Shown here: positions 56,565-64,000 of the stretch, piece by piece | Layout of the letters: each line of letters starts with the position of its first letter | How positions within the stretch are numbered: the stretch's first letter is position 1 | Origin: Amphiscolops sp. MND2022 | Lineage: Eukaryota | Reading direction: 5' to 3' | DNA: 64,000 bases | Assembly: GCA_964187785.1 (NCBI GenBank) | Contig: OZ076415.1 | Coordinates: 1,860,001 to 1,924,000 of the forward strand | Notes under the pieces: model-generated | Seen by the model: only the letters and a program-made list of their open reading frames with translations | What the model was told of the DNA's origin: nothing | Databases searched by the model: none | Program-made: the position numbers and the translations under genes

Positions 56565-57347
56565 TTAATAAATAGGTAAGGTTCCGGGTACATATTCTTG
56601 ACCAACCGCCGAAGTAGTTACCGTCGTGCCGTCACAGGCGGCAGCCTGCGACACTGCGGGTGTTATGAAAAGGAAGCATCCCGCATTAAGCCCATTCTCG
56701 TATGCCTCTTTCCTCAACTTCGTGATGTGCTCGGGCTCGTTCCTTGGGGTGGATCGTTCCATATACCATCTGACTCTCTCACTCTTGATTGCGTCTACAG
56801 AGCGGCCGCAAACCATACACCCAGTATATTGGGTCTCGCTGACGTTTTGGTAGGGCACCGAGTTCTGCACGTGATAAGACACATGAAAATCACTTACTGC
56901 GGGCTGGACCAGAGGAGTGTCCTGGCTTGGCCCCCTCTCATGGATTGGTGGAGACATCGGTGATTCTAGCACTGGCAGCAGCGTCTTGCAGAGCTCAATT
57001 CGTGATTTCTCCGCTCTTTTTGACGGGGCATAGCACCTTTCGTGATCAAAGTATTTTGTGTCTAACTTGGGAGTCACATCTTGCCCCGGCTGCCTGGTGC
57101 TTGGTCCTGCGACCATTTCTTCCTCCATGCTGCTAGTCGTCATGACACGTCCGGCAATTAGAATGGGGCTGGACACTACCTGCTTCTCCACCCTTCTGAT
57201 CATTTCGTCCGTGTCCGTCGACCAGTCTGAGTCCAAATCAACTGAGGTTTCCTCATCGCTGCTTATGTAAATGACTGAATCGCCTGATGAGTCTGAGTCC
57301 AGTTCAGCCATCTCGAAGAGCTTTCCAGATTTTGCGTATTTATCCAT
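56565..57347 (-). CDS. Uncharacterised 260-aa accessory ORF in the E2 3' region (acidic N-terminus with SIM-like motif, CxxC)
   Basis: Intact ORF from ATG 57347 (track ORF 56565..57395); SVIYISSDEE; CMVC; AG acceptor-like sites just upstream. Confidence 0.7.
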   Translation of the reverse strand: MDKYAKSGKLFEMAELDSDSSGDSVIYISSDEETSVDLDSDWSTDTDEMIRRVEKQVVSSPILIAGRVMTTSSMEEEMVAGPSTRQPGQDVTPKLDTKYFDHERCYAPSKRAEKSRIELCKTLLPVLESPMSPPIHERGPSQDTPLVQPAVSDFHVSYHVQNSVPYQNVSETQYTGCMVCGRSVDAIKSERVRWYMERSTPRNEPEHITKLRKEAYENGLNAGCFLFITPAVSQAAACDGTTVTTSAVGQEYVPGTLPIY

Positions 57348-58255
57348 GATGAATTTTTTAGCTATTTTGAAGTTTCTGAAGGCAACTAGCTGCAAGTGAG
57401 ATTCAAAGTTGAATGAATTTATAAAACTCTCCTCAGGCCGACTCGGGCCGTTTTCCCGGGGTTTCGTTTCAGCGGCAAAATCTTTGGTTAATCGGTCTGA
57501 TCCGTCGTAAACTTTCCTGAATGGAGTTTCTCAGCGGCGGTTCGCCCTTTGAATATCGGAACGCTGCCCCCCGAGCCCACCCTCTCAAGTAGGTAATAAG
57601 AGAGGTGTTAAGTTGACAATAACAAATAATACCGCTTTCAAGTGGGTAATCAATATCGAGCTTGATAGTAATTAACGGCACGCGTCAGGCGAAGTCTACC
57701 AAATGGCATCAGCCAATCAAATTTGAGCTTCGATAAATTTGAAAAATGAATAATAAAGATGGCGAAAAATAATAATTTGAATAACTAAAATGACGAAAAT
57801 GATAAATCAAAATAATTTAAAATGGCGGAAATAACAATTTGAGTAACTATAATAACGGAAGTCCCAATTAGGATAACAAACGAAATGGAACAAGATGATA
57901 AACTGAAATAGGCTAAACGGCCGTAATCGGCCAATAATTCCATAAGTTGTAAATAATGAAGTAATCTTTGTACATTTCGCTGGCAGACTCCATGTACAGA
58001 ATAAATATGTAAATAATCCCGTAATATTAGTCTGGTAATTCCTTCAGCCACGAACTCCAACTTTCTCTCTTTTAATTGTTACATTATTTGATTCACCTAC
58101 TATTTACTCCTCACTCTTTCCATTATTCTCCTTTGTCTACAACCCTAGTTTTGCATTTATTGGGCTCACTCGTAATTCCATTGCCAGCATCACCTCCACG
58201 CAGGTCCCCGATTTCTTCTTCTTCTTTTGTCCGAATCCAGCTGTTCAATCCAATC
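57348..58255. promoter_or_regulatory. Candidate bidirectional promoter between the 260-aa ORF and the antisense cargo gene
   Basis: Head-to-head genes; AGCCAATCA at ~57710; YY1-like AAGATGGCG / AAAATGGCGG at ~57756 and ~57820. Confidence 0.4.
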
Positions 58256-61200
58256 ATGTCGGACCGACAAGGACTTCCCCCGGAAGAGCAAAGACTTCAG
58301 TGCCAAGAGATCGCTAACACAGGTTGGTTTGAGTAATCATATTTTGAACTAATTAACGTGATCAAGGTTAACTTTGTTCATAAACTGCTTCCTGTTTCCA
58401 TCAAAAGACACGTGATAACACGTCTATTTAAAATTTCAAACACTTCCGGAAGATTTCTAAAGCGGTCAAAATGGACTTTTTCCAAGGAAGCACACCGCCA
58501 AATTTCATTTCTTTCTGTTTAGTTGGCCAGAATGAAGATGAGCCACAAACTTCTTCCAACACTGTTCCGGATCTCTCTGTTGCACTAATTCAAGAGGTTA
58601 GCCCGCCTTCTAATGCTGATCCAGTTCGGCCCCCTGTTCCTTCTCCTCCACCTTTTCCGCCATTGGTTCCTACAACTTCCCGGAATCAAACTGGGGAAAT
58701 GACTCCCCTTTATAGTCCCGACAGTAACACAGATGTTACTTCTTATGCCGATGAGATGGTCCAACGGCTAGAGGATGCACATGCTAGGCGCATAGCTGAA
58801 GCAGACGTCACAATCGATACAGCTCTCAATACGGCCCTCAACTCGCAAGTTCCGGAGAGTAATTTGAATCCCCTCCTCCCAAGGTCAAGTACTCCAACTC
58901 TTGATGCTGAAACAGCTGGGCTGTCCGCCAATCTGTCGCAACTCGAGACTGCTCTTGGCGTTGTCATCGGTACACAGTCTGACTTGCCGATTCTTGTTCC
59001 AGTTCCTTTACAAACAGAATTGCGGGAGCGAAGTGATGGGGATAACGCGTCCTCCACTTGTGACTTTCCTGGGCTGCCCAAAGATAACCCAAAGGTCCAC
59101 TTCTTGACCGATGACCCTACTGAGAGTGAGAAGACTGGTGACGACACAAGTCATGTAGAAGAACCAGCCCTCTACAGCTCTGTCCCTTTTGGATCTGAAT
59201 CCGGAACTGAAGCCGGGGATGAGTCAGGACCAGGACATGACACTGTGGGACCTGGTATGCCTTCCAGCTCTCGGGGACCTGATGACCACCTTCCAGAACT
59301 AACCGGTCGAAGCCGAGCCATCTTGAAGACATACTTTGCTGACACCAAGCCATTCAACCTACCGCTAGGACACACCACTGTGGCTTTTACTGAGGCCCAG
59401 ATGTATCATTTGCTACGAGTCCTGAGTGATGAAACTCTTCGAATGTCCTACTCTACCATGGAGAAGATGGTCGTCGATGCCGTCAGAGGTAAACCTACTG
59501 TTGCACCCTCTAAGACGTCCCACTTCCTCATCAGGAACAGAGCACAAACTCCAGGCAGATGGGATCAGAACGACCAGAGCTCTTCAGAAGCTGAGTACGA
59601 CTCGAGCGCAGACTCCAGGGCCTTAACTCCTACCAGTGCAGGAGATACAGGAGATTCTTCCTTCGAAGGGGAATCGGACAGTGCCACTGAAATGGCTTTG
59701 ATTTCAGCTACCTTGGGGGGCGAATCCCAACTTGTTCGATCTTCTCAAGAAAAGGACAGATTTGCTGCCACATGTACCACAGGTGGTGATGAGACCACAG
59801 GCCCCAGTAGTCAGGAAACTACACTTCTAGAGCTCCAACAGCAAGCCCGAGGGACAAAGGCGAAAGGATCTTCTGGGCGCAAACTCTCCACTAAACCAAG
59901 AAAACTTGCCAGTCGAGGGGTCCCAATGCGGGAAGAATTTTTCGCCAAGATCGGGTGGACCCGATCTTTCATCTCTGGACCCGCTGATCCGGTACACAAT
60001 CCACATATGGTCTGGTGCCATATGTGCAAAAAGAACTTTTCAATTCGGTCCAAGGGCGCTTTCGAAATTTTACGCCACCATCGTACAGAGAGACATCTGC
60101 GACGAGACCAACGTTGGAGGTACGAACACCTCAAGAGTGTGGACCCATCCAGTGGGAAGATACGGCATCGAGTCCGAGGTCGGAATGGGAAAGTACTGAC
60201 CGCAATCGAGCTGGCCAAAGAATTGCCGAAGTTCATTCACACTGAACTTGTAGACGTAGGAGAGAGATTTCCCTTCTACGACGATTTCATGCAAGGGCGA
60301 CCTACTGCCTTAGTCACCTCTGAGTCGCGGGCAAAACTACAGCTGTCCATCATAGGAGACTTCCTACAGACCCAAGGCGACTTCTCGCTGCTGAAGAGTC
60401 TGTGGTCGAGAATCAGTGCCCATACCGACTACCAGGCTAACTTGTGCGATTTCGATTGGTCAGAAGAGCGTATTACGGTAGGTTCTTTTCTGTAAGTTGA
60501 CCAATCGCTTTTGCGTTATCGACCAAGTTACTAAATGTATTTGTCCATTTCAGGCCATCTTCCAACACTTCTTTAACTGCGCTATGAACCACGTGGCAGA
60601 ACAGATTACGGCTGAGCAGTGCTTTGCCATAGAGTTCGAGGACAGGGGCCCTAACCGGTACATGACAGCACGATACTGGGAGGGCCAAAATCTTCACCGG
60701 GTCCTCATCTGCAGGAGCCAACTACCAGCTACTGACCTGACCGGGGAACTGGGATCATTGTCCCGACTGTTGTCTGTCGTTTCCACCAAGGCTGACATAG
60801 TGGCGTGCTCCGGAAGCTCTGTCGATCTTCTTCGCACAATTGATTATTCTCCCCTCTTCTCCCGCGCTGTTCAGAGTTGTTTCCGGTTTGACCAATTGGA
60901 TCTACCCAAGATGATGCATAAGACCAGTTACAGTGTCTTTGGCCACATAGATTTTTTCTCAGTCCTACGTGGTCTGGTTATCTCTCTTGGTGGAGCACAT
61001 TCCGAAGACTGGTACCAACGCAGTCCAGAGCTAGCCCAGGTAAATAACGTTCACCTTCCTAGTGTTGTAATCGTGATCAATCAGGTGTTAACTGGGGGGG
61101 GGGAGGAGCGAATTTCCTTAGTTGTTCGAGTTTAAGTTGCGATTTCCTTCCCAGGCCATATCCAGCTGCAAATTGGAGCTCTCCACTTTACCGACCCTTT

Positions 61201-62723
61201 GCCAGGAACTGATCGAGGAGTGGAAGCCGATAACAAGCTACTTGACGACGCACGTGCCAAAGCAACAAGGTCAAGGAGTCCGTACTCGGGTAAGTAACCA
61301 GATCCTTACAGCCTTTAAATATATGCTGATTAGGAGTTGCTTGAGGTATATAGAAGGATGAGTCCCCATTTCCGTTCAGTGTCTATTATACTAATACAGG
61401 GCCTTATTACAGGTGCAAAGTTTTGAGTGGGGGCTAATTTGTGACGAATTTATTCTTGTCAAGCTGGAACTCTTCTGCCGGATCGTCAGTGACTGTTAGT
61501 GTACCTTTATTATCTTTAGACAGGTTTTCTACTCTAAACTGCACCAATTCCTTTCCTTAGATAACACTAGCTTCATTGTCAACACTCATCATAGACGAGA
61601 CGCCTCATTCTTCCTCTGTGGGGAGGTTTCCAAATTCGTCTACCAGCTGTGCTTCAGATGTTTCACTAGCGATTCGGTTCCTTTGCCAAGTGCCTGGTTT
61701 CTCCTCCTGGGATTCCAAGTGGGTGACGGGACCCTCATGACTGCTGGAGAATTCCTTGTCCGGCTCAATATGACTAACAAGGTTGCCTCTGCTTGCAAGC
61801 GAAAAGCCGAAGGGGTCCATTCTGGAAAACGGTCGGATCGGGCCCTGGTCCAAAAAACAGCCGAGACCATCAAGACTGAGTTCGTCCAGGATGCCATGGC
61901 TTATTTAAAGTACCTAATTAGTGAAGTACTGCGACAAGCTGGGCTCAGTTCCAATATCATCAAGGGGCTGGCTGCATTCGACCCTCACATTATGGTCAAA
62001 CGTCCCACGGAAGTGGCGCTCCGGCATTTCGACATCCTTTTTAGTACGTTTCAGCGCCGTTCTTGGATCAGTGCCTCAGTCGAAGCAGCCTGCAGGGATC
62101 AATATGTTGAACTAATTGACTACCTCCGCGCTAAGTACTCTGGTGGGCTCGAAGTTACTGAAGAGGCTAAGGACCTCATAGATTTCCTGATGAACCTTGA
62201 TTTCCTGCAAACACGAGAGCATCTCCTCCACTTATTCAAGTTGTGCTGCCTTTGCATCACTACAGTGGGTCCTGAATTTCCAGTTGTAAAGGTGGGCAGA
62301 GTTGATACTTCCGGACAACGGGGCCGCTTCATTGATGTCGTTCTCCCCATCCAGAGCTATTTGATCGGGGTTCCTGGCTCTGTAGCGAGGTGTGCGAGTG
62401 AGTCTAACCTCACCAATTTCTCCCTTCTTTCTGCCTCTTTTGGGTCATCTGCTTTTTCGCCTACTTATGACCCTTGGGAGACGGTTGATGTCTTTGGGCG
62501 GACGAAGATATACAAGTCGCTTCTATCCTCTTATCGTTCTGCAGTCTCAGAGCCTTCAGTTGGGTCCGCTCAAGTGGAAGCCAATGATACGTCATCGGTC
62601 CTGGATGATGCGGCATTGAAGGTACCCAGTAGCAGTAAACGTAAACGGACTGAGAAGAGAGCTGCTCGATCCCGTTCCTCATCCGTCCTCAGCGAGTCTA
62701 TGTCCAGTTCCTCTAATGTTTAA
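58256..62723 (+). CDS. Complete spliced gene, join(58256..58322,58523..60477,60554..61039,61155..61289,61413..61494,61561..62723), 1295 aa: disordered N-terminus, BED-like zinc finger, hAT-transposase-like body; antisense in E2
   Basis: All five introns are GT-AG with compatible phases; CDS is 3888 nt with no internal stop. Zinc finger CHMCKKNFSIRSKGAFEILRHHRTERH. Spliced product aligns with the E1 gene (VQSFEWGLICDEFILVKLEL vs MRGTDWTVYSDCVGELRLGL; GLAAFDP vs GLYSFCP; LFKLCCL in both). Confidence 0.85.
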
Positions 62724-62952
62724 GTGTACATATGTATTTATGTACAATTTGAAACTGTATTCTTTGTTGATTTTCTGAGTCTGTATTTGTTTGTTATGAT
62801 TTCATTTCTGCGCCCCTATATTATTCATTTGTTAAGGGGTCTGCTTTGTGTCCCATCATTTATTCAAAAAATTTGCTTCCAAGGGACAAAAAAAACGTTA
62901 AAGAAAAGAAAATAGGTTCGGGGCTTATTTCCTGACCTAAATTCAGTCTTTC

Positions 62953-64000
62953 TTAGTATCTGAAGTCTTCTGAGTAGTTCGGATTAGGGTTTGGCCTGAG
63001 ATTATATTTCCCTCCTCTAGGGCTCAGACTTTCATTTCTAGCGTCGTTTTCGGATATTTCGGGCACGATAATATCATCCCCTCTTTTTGGAGAGTTTTGT
63101 GCATCGTTTTCGTTCATTGAATTTCTTTCTGAAAAAGTTTCATCATTTTCCGGTGCATCTGCCGTATTCGGCAAAGAATTTTTTTGGTTTTTCGGGAAAA
63201 CGGCCGGATTCGGCCAGTCAGATTTGTTATTTTCTGTCACTGCAGTAGGTTCTTTTCTTTCAGTGACGTCATCATTTAATCGTTCATCTCGGCTGTGCGA
63301 CGCACGATCGGTAAGATTTGATTCGTCACTCGTGATTACGTAATCCACTTCATTGTCGCTTGCGTCACTTGCGTTCGCTTCTGCCGTACTCGGCTGTTGG
63401 TCATTCGTCAAGCTAGTCGGAATAGGCTCGCTGCCTCGTGTATCTAGCTGTTCGCCAAAGTTTGTTTCCCACGTTATTACATACAAGTCGTCTTGCGGAA
63501 TTATGATTTCGTCATCCGGCTGTAGACGCTGTTCTCGGAAATTGTCCTCAAGTGGCTGATTTGGAACAAACTTTTTGAGACGAATTCGATGCAAGATCTG
63601 CGTTTTATTTGTATTAAGTCTGCGGACAATGTAATTCTCATTAGGTAAGGTTTTCTGGACTATAAATGGTCCAACCCAACGATAATCCCTGAATGGAATT
63701 TTTGATCCTTGATGATCCGCTTTCGGCTGTAATACAAAACAGTAATCGCCCTCTTTGAGTGGGGCGGCTTTTGCTTTTCGGTCGTAATACTCCTTATATT
63801 TGATATATGACTGCATGATGTTCTGCTTTGTTTTGTCAATAAGGAGTTTGGTCCGGTTCTGGATTTCTTCGGCAAATTCAGTAGTCGGATGGATTGGCTC
63901 ATTTGGATTCATTCCAAGTTTGTGATCCAATATGTTGTATGGGATTCTCCCATGGAACACTCTTGTGGGTTCGCATCCGATACTGGCATGATAACTAGTG
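62953..64000 (-). CDS. pol: E2 integrase C-terminal part (5' end beyond the window)
   Basis: FHGRIPYNILD, YYDRKAKAAPL, WVGPF (GPY/F), YNLRPNPNPN; homologous to E1 IN. Confidence 0.93.
   Translation of the reverse strand, partial: TSYHASIGCEPTRVFHGRIPYNILDHKLGMNPNEPIHPTTEFAEEIQNRTKLLIDKTKQNIMQSYIKYKEYYDRKAKAAPLKEGDYCFVLQPKADHQGSKIPFRDYRWVGPFIVQKTLPNENYIVRRLNTNKTQILHRIRLKKFVPNQPLEDNFREQRLQPDDEIIIPQDDLYVITWETNFGEQLDTRGSEPIPTSLTNDQQPSTAEANASDASDNEVDYVITSDESNLTDRASHSRDERLNDDVTERKEPTAVTENNKSDWPNPAVFPKNQKNSLPNTADAPENDETFSERNSMNENDAQNSPKRGDDIIVPEISENDARNESLSPRGGKYNLRPNPNPNYSEDFRY

Larger units (their letters stand above)
54807..64000 (-). mobile_element. E2: 3' portion of a large Ty3/Gypsy element (IN C-terminus, antisense cargo gene, extra sense ORF, 3' LTR); continues beyond the window
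   Basis: IN tail homologous to E1 (FHGRIPYN, WVGPF, YNLRPNPNPN). LTR end ...TTACGACA at 54807 cuts a gag-like ORF at the same codon phase as the E1 LTR/PBS junction. Confidence 0.85.

Noticed and set aside
58256-58322. GLPPEEQRL in cargo exon 1 resembles ubiquitin GIPPDQQRL
   Set aside because: The match is only nine residues, with no surrounding ubiquitin fold sequence or diglycine; most likely chance.
58471-62723. Cargo gene as an independent nested hAT transposon
   Set aside because: No TIRs or 8-bp TSD were seen around it, and its position and orientation relative to IN are the same in two diverged elements. Not fully excluded without more copies.

Overview
Eukaryotic (animal-type) genomic DNA: AT-rich, spliceosomal introns, one 215-nt N gap (17666-17880), and dominated by transposons. 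One host gene is visible, a multi-exon class A (rhodopsin-like) GPCR on the + strand. Its TM2-end to C-terminal exons lie at 31054-53371; the 5' exons were not found. Five Ty3/Gypsy LTR retrotransposons are present, all on the - strand. (E1) ~1-9580+ and (E2) 54807->64000 are two diverged large elements. Each carries, tail-to-tail with its integrase, an ANTISENSE intron-containing gene for a BED-type zinc-finger protein that resembles a hAT transposase. In both, the gag ORF starts inside the LTR. (E3) 35158-40066 is a compact full-length element (Trp PBS, identical 174-bp LTRs, 4-bp TSD) whose integrase ends in an ING-type PHD finger. (E4) 43712-49611 and (E5) 21134-29571 belong to one lineage with a WLDD reverse-transcriptase motif; E5 is a tandem array sharing one LTR. 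The rest is non-autonomous DNA elements: a Helentron/HINE-like family, CCC...GGG MITEs with 2-bp TSDs, nested hAT MITEs and a TA-flanked MITE. The best candidates for an undescribed system are the antisense spliced hAT-like cargo gene of E1/E2 (with the divergent SIM-bearing ORF in E2) and the PHD-finger integrase of E3. All protein family assignments come from motif recognition by eye; no database search was run.
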